From Candidatus Woesearchaeota archaeon (GTDB taxonomy: Archaea > Nanobdellota > Nanobdellia > Pacearchaeales > GW2011-AR1): DNA of 51,059 bases. Positions 8,293 to 17,931 of this stretch are shown piece by piece. Position 1 is the first letter of the stretch, and each line of letters opens with the position of its first letter. The position numbers were made by a program, and so were the translations under genes. The stretch is from contig CAYTGG010000002.1 in the NCBI GenBank assembly GCA_964437455.1, positions 1 through 51,059 of the forward strand, given 5' to 3'. The notes below the pieces were generated by a model. That model saw nothing but the letters and a program-made list of their open reading frames with translations, was not told the origin of the DNA and ran no database searches.

Positions 8293-8904
8293 ATGTTTTG
8301 GTTTTGGAAAAAGAGGGATATTGAAGAATTAAAAGAAGAAACAAAAAAGAGTTTTGATGCTGTTAAAAAAGATGTAGTCTCTGTAAATGGTTGGATTAGG
8401 CATCTAAATTCAGAAAAAGATCTTCAAAATAAAAATATTTCTGAAATAAAAGAAGATTTATCGTCGATAAAAGATGAAATTGAAAATTTGAAGAATGTTA
8501 TATCTGTTATGGGAAATTTAAAAGGTACTTATAATAAAAAACAAACAAACAAACAGCTGTTTAATAAACAAACAGCTGTTTATGCTGTTCAAACAGCTGT
8601 TCAAACAGCTGTTCAAACACCAAATTTAGACCAATTTTCTATTACAGAGAGAGCAATTATTTGGATATTATTAACTAGTGAAGTAAAGTTAAGTTATGAT
8701 GACTTAGCATCTATTCTAGGAAAAGAAAAAGCTACAATTAGAGGTCAAATTAATCATATAAAACAGAAAAGTGAGGGTTTAATAGAAGAAATAATAGAAA
8801 AAAACAATAAAAAAAGGGTATATATACCTGAAAATATCAAAGAAAAACTGTTAAAAAAGACAAAAGTGAGACTTAAGGGAAGTAAAAAAGAAGAAGAAAA
8901 ATAA
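8293..8904 (+). CDS. coiled-coil + low-complexity linker + C-terminal winged-helix (HTH) protein
   Basis: N-terminal heptad-like EIKEDLSSIKDEIENLKNV; linker with (TAVQ)3 encoded by a perfect 3x12-nt tandem at 8584-8619; C-terminus ITERAIIWILLTSEVKLSYDDLASILGKEKATIRGQINHIKQK is wHTH-like. Confidence 0.7.
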   Translation: MFWFWKKRDIEELKEETKKSFDAVKKDVVSVNGWIRHLNSEKDLQNKNISEIKEDLSSIKDEIENLKNVISVMGNLKGTYNKKQTNKQLFNKQTAVYAVQTAVQTAVQTPNLDQFSITERAIIWILLTSEVKLSYDDLASILGKEKATIRGQINHIKQKSEGLIEEIIEKNNKKRVYIPENIKEKLLKKTKVRLKGSKKEEEK

Positions 8905-8932
8905 AATAGAGTAAATGATCATAAAAAATAGG

Positions 8933-9003
8933 GTAAAAATAATGAAAAGTGAGGGAAAATAGGGTAAAAATAAAGTAAAAATAATGAAAAGTGAGGGAAA
9001 ATA
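8933..9003. repeat. 29-bp perfect direct repeat GTAAAAATAATGAAAAGTGAGGGAAAATA x2 (8933-8961, 8975-9003)
   Basis: Read directly, in the gap between the two convergent paralogs; GAAAAGTGAGGG also occurs inside the upstream CDS near 8765. Confidence 0.85.
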
Positions 9004-9101
9004 TAAAGAGTTTATAAAAGAAGTTTAGGAATAAGAAAGTAAATATTAGAGAATTTAAAAAATAAGAGAGAAGAGAATTAGTTAGTCGTTTAAGAGATTA
9101 A

Positions 9102-9746
<645 letters not shown>

Positions 9747-9776
9747 AATAAATTAAGAAAGAGATTATATAAAAAT

Positions 9777-10046
9777 TTAATGTTGTTTATTCTTATATAT
9801 CCTATAAGTGTTGTCGCTTATTTTCCATCTTGATCTTCTAATATACTCTTTTCCTTTTGGATTTTTTTTAATTTCCAAAACAAGATTTCTTTTTTTTAGT
9901 TCAAAAAGAAGTTTCTTTGTAAACTCCTCGTCTCTAATAATCTCTATTGCTATATGTTTTGTAAAAAGAGGTTTAGGAAATGATAAATATAACAAAGCAA
10001 GAATTTGTTCTAGAATCTTTTCTCTTTTTTCATTAGAAATTTGCAT
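9777..10046 (-). CDS. small winged-helix DNA-binding protein (89 aa)
   Basis: KILEQILALLYLSFPKPLFTKHIAIEIIRDEEFTKKLLFELKKRNLVLEI...KGKEY has a helix-turn-helix plus wing pattern; same strand and tight spacing with flanking genes. Confidence 0.55.
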   Translation of the reverse strand: MQISNEKREKILEQILALLYLSFPKPLFTKHIAIEIIRDEEFTKKLLFELKKRNLVLEIKKNPKGKEYIRRSRWKISDNTYRIYKNKQH

Positions 10047-10080
10047 AGATTCAAAGAAGAGATTATTCTTTTTAAGCTTT

Positions 10081-10482
10081 TTATTTTTCCTTTATGTAAG
10101 GAAGTTTTATATGTAATGGAATAGACAGTTCATCTTCTAATTCCAAAGCTTTTACATTTGATTTTTTTAGAATTAGATTAAATAAAGGTATTTTAAACTC
10201 ATCAGAAATTTTTTTGTCTTTAAACTCTTTTAATAACTTTTTAGAATCTTTCGCTTCAAGAGATACTAAAACATTACCTACAAAATTTAACTTTGCAAAT
10301 TCAGAACCATAATCTATATCATATTTAAATTTAATATTAAGCAATTCTTCTTTAAATTTAAAATCTGATTTAGCTTCTTTAATATCTATAAATTCTATAT
10401 TAGTTTTTAGATCAATCTTATCAATTTTCTTAGGATTCTTCTCTATACATATTTTATCAAAGTTAAAAGATATTAATCTCAT
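10081..10482 (-). CDS. hypothetical protein (133 aa)
   Basis: Clean ORF; alternating beta-like N-half and helical C-half, with only a faint resemblance to SecB-type chaperones; not assignable. Confidence 0.55.
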   Translation of the reverse strand: MRLISFNFDKICIEKNPKKIDKIDLKTNIEFIDIKEAKSDFKFKEELLNIKFKYDIDYGSEFAKLNFVGNVLVSLEAKDSKKLLKEFKDKKISDEFKIPLFNLILKKSNVKALELEDELSIPLHIKLPYIKEK

Positions 10483-10527
10483 TTTATTTTAATTGAGTTT
10501 ATGTTTTTAAATATTTTGATGATAGAA

Positions 10528-10788
10528 TTAGATTAAATCTTCTTCTGAAACTATCACAAAATCCCCTATTGCAATTATAGCACTATGAGGTATTAAAAGT
10601 TCATTAGAGTTGGTTCTTTCTAGATTAAGATTCTTTGTATATGCTGTAGTATCTTTAATGAGCATATTTATTAATTCACCAGATCTTGTTTCAAAAGTGA
10701 TGTCTTTAACAAATCCCAATCTTTTACCTTCCTTAGTAACAATCATTTTTCCTATAAGAGAACTAAATATTTGTTTATTTTCCTGCAT
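10528..10788 (-). CDS. PRC-barrel domain protein
   Basis: LIGKMIVTKEGKRLGFVKDITFETRSGELINMLI...LLIPHSAIIAIGDFVIVSE is the typical PRC-barrel pattern. Confidence 0.75.
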   Translation of the reverse strand: MQENKQIFSSLIGKMIVTKEGKRLGFVKDITFETRSGELINMLIKDTTAYTKNLNLERTNSNELLIPHSAIIAIGDFVIVSEEDLI

Positions 10789-10988
10789 ATCTTGAGTTAG
10801 AGAGGAATAATTTATAAATTTTTCTATATAATTAAATAGCTTTGTAAAATAGACTATTCTGCTAAGAATATTAAAAAAGTGTTAAAAAAGAATTTGAAGT
10901 GTTAAAGATCTGTTAAGATTAAATCATTTTTATTAAAAGAAATTGGAAAGAGTTAGAGATAATTAAATGAAATTTAGATGATTAGACT

Positions 10989-11012
10989 GACCCTATAGTT
11001 TCTCATGGAAAG
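10989..11012 (-). promoter_or_regulatory. ORB-like origin recognition box (inverted orientation, distal side of DUE)
   Basis: Reverse complement CTTTCCATGAGAAACTATAGGGTC aligns with the two boxes near orc1 (core TCCAT-K-AGAAA..T-W-TAGG-G) and resembles the archaeal ORB core TCCAnnGGAAA plus G-string. Confidence 0.6.
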
Positions 11013-11060
11013 CTTTATAAACAAAATTTAGTTTTTGTTTGTTTATTATTTATTTATAAA

Positions 11061-11127
11061 AATTTATATTATATATTATATATTATATTATTTATATATA
11101 CTATACTATACTATACTATACTATACC
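11061..11127. repeat. AT-rich candidate DNA unwinding element with TA-rich and pentanucleotide (CTATA)5 tandem repeats
   Basis: tttatattatatattatatattatattatttatatata followed by ctata x5 (11101-11125), between the oppositely oriented ORB-like boxes. Confidence 0.6.
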
Positions 11128-11163
11128 ATAATAATCTTAATCAAAATCCAACAAGATTTAACA

Positions 11164-11200
11164 AAACCAGTCAATTAACCCATAAACCAGTCAATTAACC
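11164..11200. repeat. 17-bp direct repeat AAACCAGTCAATTAACC x2 (period 20 bp)
   Basis: 11164-11180 and 11184-11200, read directly. Confidence 0.9.
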
Positions 11201-11289
11201 AAAAACTAATTTATTTATTTTATTTATTTTACAAATCATATCTTTTTATTATCTTTAGTAACCTTCTTTGTTATTTATTGATAATTAGC

Positions 11290-11326
11290 CATTCTTGCTA
11301 TTCATTCTTGCTATTCATTCTTATTA
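11290..11326. repeat. 13-bp tandem repeat CATTCTTGCTATT x2 plus partial third copy
   Basis: 11290-11302, 11303-11315, then CATTCTTATTA. Confidence 0.9.
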
Positions 11327-11349
11327 GTCCTCTTTTGTTTATTTTAATA

Positions 11350-11371
11350 TTCTCCATTAGAAATATAGGTG
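11350..11371 (+). promoter_or_regulatory. ORB-like origin recognition box
   Basis: TTCTCCATTAGAAATATAGGTG; near-identical to the box at 11447. Confidence 0.6.
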
Positions 11372-11446
11372 TTTTTCTTTTTTAGTAGTTATAAGTCTTT
11401 ATATAATAAATTCTTTTTTCATCGTTGGAAAAATCTAATAATAATA

Positions 11447-11473
11447 TTTTTCCATTAGAAATTTAGGTGGGTG
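11447..11473 (+). promoter_or_regulatory. ORB-like origin recognition box with G-rich tail, 8 nt before the orc1/cdc6 ATG
   Basis: TTTTCCATTAGAAATTTAGGTGGGTG. Confidence 0.6.
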
Positions 11474-11480
11474 TGTTAAA

Positions 11481-12698
11481 ATGAGTTTAGAATTAGACGA
11501 GATATTTGCAACTTTTGATAATAATCTTATATTCAAAGATAAATCTACTTTGCAGTCTAATCATATACCCAAAGATATTTTTTATAGAGAAGAACAAATT
11601 AAACAAATCGCTTCAATTCTTGCACCAGTTTTAAGGGGAGAAAAGACAAGTAATCTCTTTCTTTATGGTAAGACTGGAACTGGAAAAACTCTTTCAATTC
11701 AGAAAGTAAGAGAAGAACTTTTGAAGAGATTTAAGAAAGAATCTGATTTTAAGCTTAGAATAGAATATTTAAATTGTAAATTAAAGAAAATTTCAGATAC
11801 AGAATATAGGATTTTAGCAGAGCTTATCAAAAAATTAGGAGGTAGTATTCCTCCTACAGGATTGCCTACAGAAACAGTTTATAACAAATTTATAGAATTG
11901 TTAGATTCAGAAAAACAATTGGTTGTTTTAATTCTAGATGAGATTGACCAAACAGTTAAAAAAATTTCAAATGATTTTTTATATAATCTTACTCGTTTTA
12001 ATGTTGAACTTTCTAAATCTCAAATAAGTGTGGTTGGAATAAGTAATAATTTAACATTTTTAGAGGGAATTGATCCAAGAGTAAGGAGTTCTTTGTCTGA
12101 AGAAGAAGTAATATTTCCACCTTATAATGCATTACAATTACAAAAAATCTTAACTCAAAGATCTGGAGAAGCATTTAATAAAAATATACTTCAAGAAGGA
12201 GTTATTGCAAAATGTGCTGCTTATGCAGCAAGAGAACATGGAGATGCTAGAAGAGCCTTAGATTTATTAAGAGTTGCTGGAGAAATTACAGAAAGAGAGA
12301 ATTCTAAGAAAATACTTTTGAAACATATTGATGAAGCAAATAATAAAATTGAAAGAGATAAAATATTAGATGTAATCAAATCTGAACCAAAACAATTCCA
12401 ACTTGTTTTATATTCTATTATCCAGTTATATGAAAAACAAGAAAAAGGAAAAGAAGAACCTATTTTTACAGGAGATGTTTATAATAATTATATAGAACTT
12501 TGTAAAAAAAATAAATCAGAAGTCTTAACTCAAAGAAGAGTTGGAGATATTATTCAAGAATTTGATATGCTGGGAATTATTAATGTAAGAGTAATCTCCA
12601 AAGGAAGGGGAGGAAGAATGAGAGAGATAAAATTAGCAATTACTAAAGAAATAGTAGCAAAAGCTAAAAAAATAATTGAAGATTCTTTTTATTATTGA
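11481..12698 (+). CDS. cdc6: Orc1/Cdc6 replication initiator
   Basis: Walker A GKTGTGKT, Walker B VVLILDEID, VGISNN sensor region, GDARRALDLLRVAG, C-terminal winged helix. Confidence 0.95.
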   Translation: MSLELDEIFATFDNNLIFKDKSTLQSNHIPKDIFYREEQIKQIASILAPVLRGEKTSNLFLYGKTGTGKTLSIQKVREELLKRFKKESDFKLRIEYLNCKLKKISDTEYRILAELIKKLGGSIPPTGLPTETVYNKFIELLDSEKQLVVLILDEIDQTVKKISNDFLYNLTRFNVELSKSQISVVGISNNLTFLEGIDPRVRSSLSEEEVIFPPYNALQLQKILTQRSGEAFNKNILQEGVIAKCAAYAAREHGDARRALDLLRVAGEITERENSKKILLKHIDEANNKIERDKILDVIKSEPKQFQLVLYSIIQLYEKQEKGKEEPIFTGDVYNNYIELCKKNKSEVLTQRRVGDIIQEFDMLGIINVRVISKGRGGRMREIKLAITKEIVAKAKKIIEDSFYY

Positions 12699-12730
12699 AA
12701 TTATATTAAAAATTCATTAAATTTATTAAA

Positions 12731-14341
12731 ATGAAAACAGAAATTTTAAAATTTTGTATGCAGAAAGGTCTTTTACTAGATAAAGAAGTTTTTGATTTAT
12801 TTAATAATATTGAGGATATTGAATCTACTAAATTAATTATTGAAAAAATTAGTAAACAAGTAGGAAAAAAGATTATAACTAGAACTCTTTTTGATGAAAA
12901 TAAAGAAAGTATTCAAGAAATTCTTTCAAAACTTCCTCAAATAAAAGAAGAAAAATTAGAAAACTTAAAAATTAAGTTAGGTCTTAGTATAGAAATTTCT
13001 AAAAGAACATTAGAATCTATAAATTTAGATATAAAAAATGATTCTAATAAAGATTCTAATAAAGATTTTAATAAAAAAGAGATTATAAAAAAAGAATTGG
13101 ATAATAAAGTAAAGATAACTCATATGCCTTTAAGTTTAGGAAGAAAAATTGAAGTAAATGATTTTGTTGTTTATCTTAAAAATAGATTTATACAACTAAA
13201 AAATATTCTTCAAGAACATACTGAATTAAATAATTTAGTTTCTATAAATAAGATCACAGGAAACAAACAAGGAATTTCAATTATAGGAATGGTTTATGAT
13301 AAAAGAATAACTAAAAATAAAAATTTACTTTTAGAAGTTGAAGATTTTACAGGAAAAATAAAGATTCTTATTAATAAAGATAAAGAAGAACTTTATAAAC
13401 AAGCTGAAGATATCTCTCTTGATTCTGTTATAGGTTTTAAAGGTTCAGGAAATAGGAATATACTCTTTGTTAATGACCTTGTTTTTCCAGATTCAAAATT
13501 ATTTCAAAGAAAAAAATCACCTTTAGAAGAGTATGCTCTTTTTATTGGAGATTTACATTTTGGAAGTAAAAAGTTTATGGAAGAAAATTTTTTTAAATTT
13601 ATAGATTATTTAAATGGAAAATTTCCAAAGACTGAAGAAGAAGTTAAAAAAATAAAATATCTTTTTATTGTAGGAGATTTAGTCACAGGAGTAGGTGTTT
13701 ATCCTAATCAAGAAAAAGATTTAAAGATTAAGGATCTAGAAAAACAATTTATTAAAATTGCAGAGATTTTAGGAAGAATAAGAAAAGATATTAAGATAAT
13801 AATCTCTCCAGGAAATCATGAAGGAGTAAGACTTATGGAGCCTCAACCTCTTTATGATGAGAAATATGCTTGGCCAATTTATGATATGGAGAACGTCTTT
13901 CTTACAGGAAATCCTGCTCAGGTTACTATAGCTGCAACAGAAGAATTTTCAGGTTTCAATATTTTGACTTATCATGGATTTTCTTTTCCTTATTATGCAA
14001 ACACCATTCCTTCATTAATTTCAAGCGAAGCTATGAACTCTCCTGAAAAGATAATGTTTTATTTATTAAAGAATAGACATCTAGCACCTGCTCATAATTC
14101 AGTTCAACATTTTCCTTGTAAAGAAGATACTCATTTTATTAAAACAGTTCCAGATATATTTGTTGCAGGACACACTCATAAAAGTGCTGTTTCTTATTAT
14201 AATAACATCTTAGTAATCTCAGTTTCATCTTGGGAGGAAAAAACAGATTATCAAGAAAAATTTGGAAATACTCCTGATCATGGTAAGGTTCCTATGTTAA
14301 ATTTAAAGACTCGTGAAATCAAGATTTTAGATTTTGAATAA
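12731..14341 (+). CDS. dp1: DNA polymerase II (PolD) small subunit DP1
   Basis: Phosphoesterase motifs GDLHFGS, VGDLV, PGNHE, GHTH in the C-terminal half; position between cdc6 and DP2. Confidence 0.9.
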   Translation: MKTEILKFCMQKGLLLDKEVFDLFNNIEDIESTKLIIEKISKQVGKKIITRTLFDENKESIQEILSKLPQIKEEKLENLKIKLGLSIEISKRTLESINLDIKNDSNKDSNKDFNKKEIIKKELDNKVKITHMPLSLGRKIEVNDFVVYLKNRFIQLKNILQEHTELNNLVSINKITGNKQGISIIGMVYDKRITKNKNLLLEVEDFTGKIKILINKDKEELYKQAEDISLDSVIGFKGSGNRNILFVNDLVFPDSKLFQRKKSPLEEYALFIGDLHFGSKKFMEENFFKFIDYLNGKFPKTEEEVKKIKYLFIVGDLVTGVGVYPNQEKDLKIKDLEKQFIKIAEILGRIRKDIKIIISPGNHEGVRLMEPQPLYDEKYAWPIYDMENVFLTGNPAQVTIAATEEFSGFNILTYHGFSFPYYANTIPSLISSEAMNSPEKIMFYLLKNRHLAPAHNSVQHFPCKEDTHFIKTVPDIFVAGHTHKSAVSYYNNILVISVSSWEEKTDYQEKFGNTPDHGKVPMLNLKTREIKILDFE

Positions 14342-14369
14342 TAAATTTAATTTAAAAAATACAACAGAA

Positions 14370-17300
14370 ATGGATACTGAACTTTATTTTAAAAATATTG
14401 AAAAAGAAGTAAGAAAAGTTTATTCTATAGCAGAAGAAGCGAGAGCTAAAAATTTTGACCCTATAGATAAAGTAGAGATACCTCTTGCCATGACCATGGC
14501 TGCAAAGGTAGTTGGATTGATCTCTACAATCTATCCTCAAATGACTGATTCTGGAATTGATAAAAGAATCTTGGAATTGGAGGAACAATATGGAAAATTA
14601 GATGCTACTGTTGTTTTTAAGATTGCAGAAGAAGTTGCTAAGCAAAAATTTTGTAAATTCTCAAATCTTTTAGAATCTATTGATGCAGGAATAAGAATTG
14701 GTTTTGCTTATACTACTTTAGGAGTGGTCTCCTCTCCTATAGAAGGATTTACAGGATTAAAATTGGGAAAAACAAAAAAAGGAGAAGATTATTTTATTGC
14801 TTATTTTTCTGGGCCTATAAGAAGCGCAGGAACTACTGCTAGTTGTTTAGTATTAATGCTTATTGATTATCTTAGAGAGCTTTTTGGATTTGCAAAATAT
14901 GATCCTACAGAAGAAGAAATTAGAAGATATATTACAGAATGTTCTGATTATCATGAAAGAGTTACTAATCTTCAGTATATGGGAACAGAAGAGGAACTTG
15001 AATTTTTATCCAAAAATCTTCCAATACAGATAGCAGGAGAACCTACAGAAAAACTTGAAGTTTCAAATTATAAAAATCTGGAGAGAGTAGATACTAATTA
15101 TATTCGTGGAGGAATGACTCTAATATTTTCAGAGGGTTTAGCACAAAAAGCAGCGAAAGGTTTTAGATTATTAAATGGAGCAAAGAAGAATGGAATAAAA
15201 TCAACAGGATTTGATTTCTTAAAACAATATATAGAACTACATGAAAAAAGAAATATTGAAGGAAAAGATAGTGATGAGAGGCCTACTTACATAAAAGATT
15301 TAGTTGCTGGACGACCGATATTTGGACATCCTTCTAAGTCAGGAGGATTTAGGATGAGATATGGAAGGAGTAGAGTTAACGGTTTTAGTTCAGTTTCCTT
15401 AAGTCCTGCTACTATGGTTATTACAGATAGTTTTATTTCTATAGGAACTCAATTAAAAATAGAGAAACCAACTAAAGGATGCTGTACTACTGTTTGTGAT
15501 TCTATAGAAGGGCCTATAGTTAAATTATTTAATGGGAATGTTAAGAAAATTAAAACAAAAGAAGAAGCGAAAAAACTTTATCCAGATGTTGAGGAGATAA
15601 TATATTTGGGAGATATACTTTTTCCTTATAGTGATGTAGTTAATAGAAATGCACAATTAATAAAACCAGGTTATGTTGAGGAATGGTGGAATTTAGAACT
15701 TGAAAAAAAAGGAGGAAAAGTTGAAGATTACTATAATGTTCCTTTTGAAAAAGCAAAAGAATTGAGTAAAAAATACGAAATCCCTCTTCATCCTCATTTT
15801 ATTTTTTATTGGACTCAAATAACAAAAGAGCAATTTTTAGATTTAATTGAACTGCTTAAATTTTCTTGGATAAACTCCGGAAAACTTATTCTTCCCTTTT
15901 ATAAATCTGAACAAGAAAAGTTTGAGAAAGGAAAAAGAGCTCTTGAAATTTTAGGAGTTGAGCATACAGTTAGTGTAGAACATATTATTCTAGAACCTGG
16001 AACAAGTGAATTATTATTCTCTAATTTAGGATTGGATACTAATCTATTAACTAAAAATGAATTTTTTATTAAAAATGAAATCTCTAAATTAGAAGATAAA
16101 ATTGTAAGAGTAAAATTCCAAAATTCCAAAATTCCTTCAGAGGAAAGTAAAGTTTTATTTTTGATTAATAGTCTTTCTGAGTTTAAAATAAAAGATAAAG
16201 CAGGAGAATTTATTGGAAGTAGAATGGGAAGACCAGAAAAAGCAAAATTAAGAAAGCTTGCTGGAAGTCCCAATATTTTATTTCCTGTTGGAAAAGAAGG
16301 AGGAAGATTAAGAAGTGTTCAAGCCGCATGCGAAGAAGGATATATCAAAAATAATTTTCCTCTTTATTATTGTGAGAATTGTGACAAAGAGACCATTTAT
16401 CCTTATTGTGAAATTTGTGGAAAGAAAACAAGAAAGAAATACTCTTTTTTAGATGGAGAGAAATCTATTAATAAAGTTAGAGGAGAAGAGATAGGAGTTT
16501 CTTATGAAACAAAATCTTTAGATATAAATTATTATCTAAAAAAAGCAAAAGAGCAATTAGGAATTAAAGAACAGGATATGCCTCCTTTAATTAAAGGAGT
16601 TAGAGGAACAAGTTCAGAGGGACATATGATGGAAAATCTTTCTAAAGGAATTTTAAGAGCAAAATATAATTTACAAGTTAATAAAGATGGAACAATAAGG
16701 TTCGATGCTACTGAATTACCTTTAGTTGCCTTTAAACCAAAAGAAATTTCTGTAGATATAAGTAAATTAAAAGAATTAGGTTATGATAAAGATGTTTTTG
16801 GTAATGATTTGATTAATGAAGAACAAATTATTGAATTAATGCCTCATGATATTCTTCTTCCAAGCTGTCCAGAATCTCCTGATGAAAAAGCAGATGATGT
16901 TTTTATTAAAATTTCTAATTTTATTGATGAACTTTTAGTTAGATTTTATAAACTAAAAGCGTTTCATAATGTTAAGAAACGGGAAGATTTAGTTGGACAA
17001 TTAGGAGTTTGTATGGCTCCCCATAATTGTGCAGGAGTTGTTTGTAGGATAATTGGTTTTTCAGAAAGTTTAGGGCTATTAGCAAGTCCTTATATGCATG
17101 CTGCAATAAGGCGTGATTGTGATGGAGATGAAGCTGCTGTAATGCTTTTGTCAGATGTTTTGTTAAATTTTTCTAGAGAATTTTTACCAAGTCATAGGGG
17201 TGGAACTCAGGACGCTCCTTTAGTTCTAAATGCTAAAATAAATGCAGGAGAAGTTGATGATCAAATACTTGATTTTGAGCTTATCTCTTCTCCAGGAGGA

Positions 17301-17879
17301 AGTTATCCTTTAGAACTTTATGAATCTGCTGAAAAAAAGAGACATTCTTCTGAAGTTAAAATAGATTCTATTAAGACTATCTTAAAAGAAGGTAAAAATC
17401 CATTCATTAATTTAGGATATACTCATGAAACTTCTAATTTTAATGATGGAGTTAGATGTTCTAGTTATAAATTTCTTTCTACTATGCAGGAAAAAGTCCA
17501 ACATCAGATGGAATTAGTTGAAAGATTAAGGGCTGTGGATACTGCTGATACAGCTAAATTAATTATTGATAGACATTTCTTGAGAGATATAAAAGGTAAT
17601 CTAAGAAATTTCTCAACTCAATCTTTTAGATGTGTTAAGTGTAATACTATTTTTAGAAGACCTCCTTTATCTGGAATATGTGATAGATGTGGAGGAAAAT
17701 TAATTTTTACAGTTAATGAAGGAGGAATTAGAAAATATCTAGATCCAGCAAGAGATTTAGCTAAGAAATATAATCTTTCTACTTATATCTTGCAAAATTT
17801 AGATTTAGTTAAAAGATTTATAGATAGTATCTTTGGAAGAGAATTAGAAAAACAAGAAGATTTAGGGAAATGGTTTTAA
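14370..17879 (+). CDS. dp2: DNA polymerase II (PolD) large catalytic subunit DP2
   Basis: ATG 14370 (MDTELYFKNIEKEVRKVYSIAEEARAK, a typical DP2 N-terminus) preferred to the TTG at 14334; Zn modules CENCDKETIYPYCEICG and CVKCN...CDRCGG; no intein-sized insert. Confidence 0.9.
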   Translation: MDTELYFKNIEKEVRKVYSIAEEARAKNFDPIDKVEIPLAMTMAAKVVGLISTIYPQMTDSGIDKRILELEEQYGKLDATVVFKIAEEVAKQKFCKFSNLLESIDAGIRIGFAYTTLGVVSSPIEGFTGLKLGKTKKGEDYFIAYFSGPIRSAGTTASCLVLMLIDYLRELFGFAKYDPTEEEIRRYITECSDYHERVTNLQYMGTEEELEFLSKNLPIQIAGEPTEKLEVSNYKNLERVDTNYIRGGMTLIFSEGLAQKAAKGFRLLNGAKKNGIKSTGFDFLKQYIELHEKRNIEGKDSDERPTYIKDLVAGRPIFGHPSKSGGFRMRYGRSRVNGFSSVSLSPATMVITDSFISIGTQLKIEKPTKGCCTTVCDSIEGPIVKLFNGNVKKIKTKEEAKKLYPDVEEIIYLGDILFPYSDVVNRNAQLIKPGYVEEWWNLELEKKGGKVEDYYNVPFEKAKELSKKYEIPLHPHFIFYWTQITKEQFLDLIELLKFSWINSGKLILPFYKSEQEKFEKGKRALEILGVEHTVSVEHIILEPGTSELLFSNLGLDTNLLTKNEFFIKNEISKLEDKIVRVKFQNSKIPSEESKVLFLINSLSEFKIKDKAGEFIGSRMGRPEKAKLRKLAGSPNILFPVGKEGGRLRSVQAACEEGYIKNNFPLYYCENCDKETIYPYCEICGKKTRKKYSFLDGEKSINKVRGEEIGVSYETKSLDINYYLKKAKEQLGIKEQDMPPLIKGVRGTSSEGHMMENLSKGILRAKYNLQVNKDGTIRFDATELPLVAFKPKEISVDISKLKELGYDKDVFGNDLINEEQIIELMPHDILLPSCPESPDEKADDVFIKISNFIDELLVRFYKLKAFHNVKKREDLVGQLGVCMAPHNCAGVVCRIIGFSESLGLLASPYMHAAIRRDCDGDEAAVMLLSDVLLNFSREFLPSHRGGTQDAPLVLNAKINAGEVDDQILDFELISSPGGSYPLELYESAEKKRHSSEVKIDSIKTILKEGKNPFINLGYTHETSNFNDGVRCSSYKFLSTMQEKVQHQMELVERLRAVDTADTAKLIIDRHFLRDIKGNLRNFSTQSFRCVKCNTIFRRPPLSGICDRCGGKLIFTVNEGGIRKYLDPARDLAKKYNLSTYILQNLDLVKRFIDSIFGRELEKQEDLGKWF

Positions 17880-17931
17880 CGAAACATTTATAATTAATAT
17901 TAAATTATTTTTATTATAAAATTATTATAAA

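Noticed and set aside
7957-8619. DGR-like template/variable repeat pair (upstream blocks versus in-CDS repeats)
   Set aside because: The shared sequence is limited to an 11-12 nt palindromic core. Mismatches are not adenine-specific, and no reverse transcriptase gene is in the window.
14334-14369. TTG start for DP2 (track ORF 14334..17879)
   Set aside because: ATG 14370 yields the conserved DP2 N-terminus and removes the overlap with DP1. The 12 extra codons are Asn/Lys-rich with no conservation signal.
15899-16273. 124-aa minus-strand ORF inside DP2 (also 14352..14588)
   Set aside because: Antisense shadow ORFs within a strongly supported 1170-aa gene.
12731-17879. Inteins in PolD subunits or Cdc6
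   Set aside because: The lengths are close to intein-free homologs, and there are no block A/B (Cys...TxxH) or terminal HN-Cys/Ser/Thr signatures interrupting conserved motifs.
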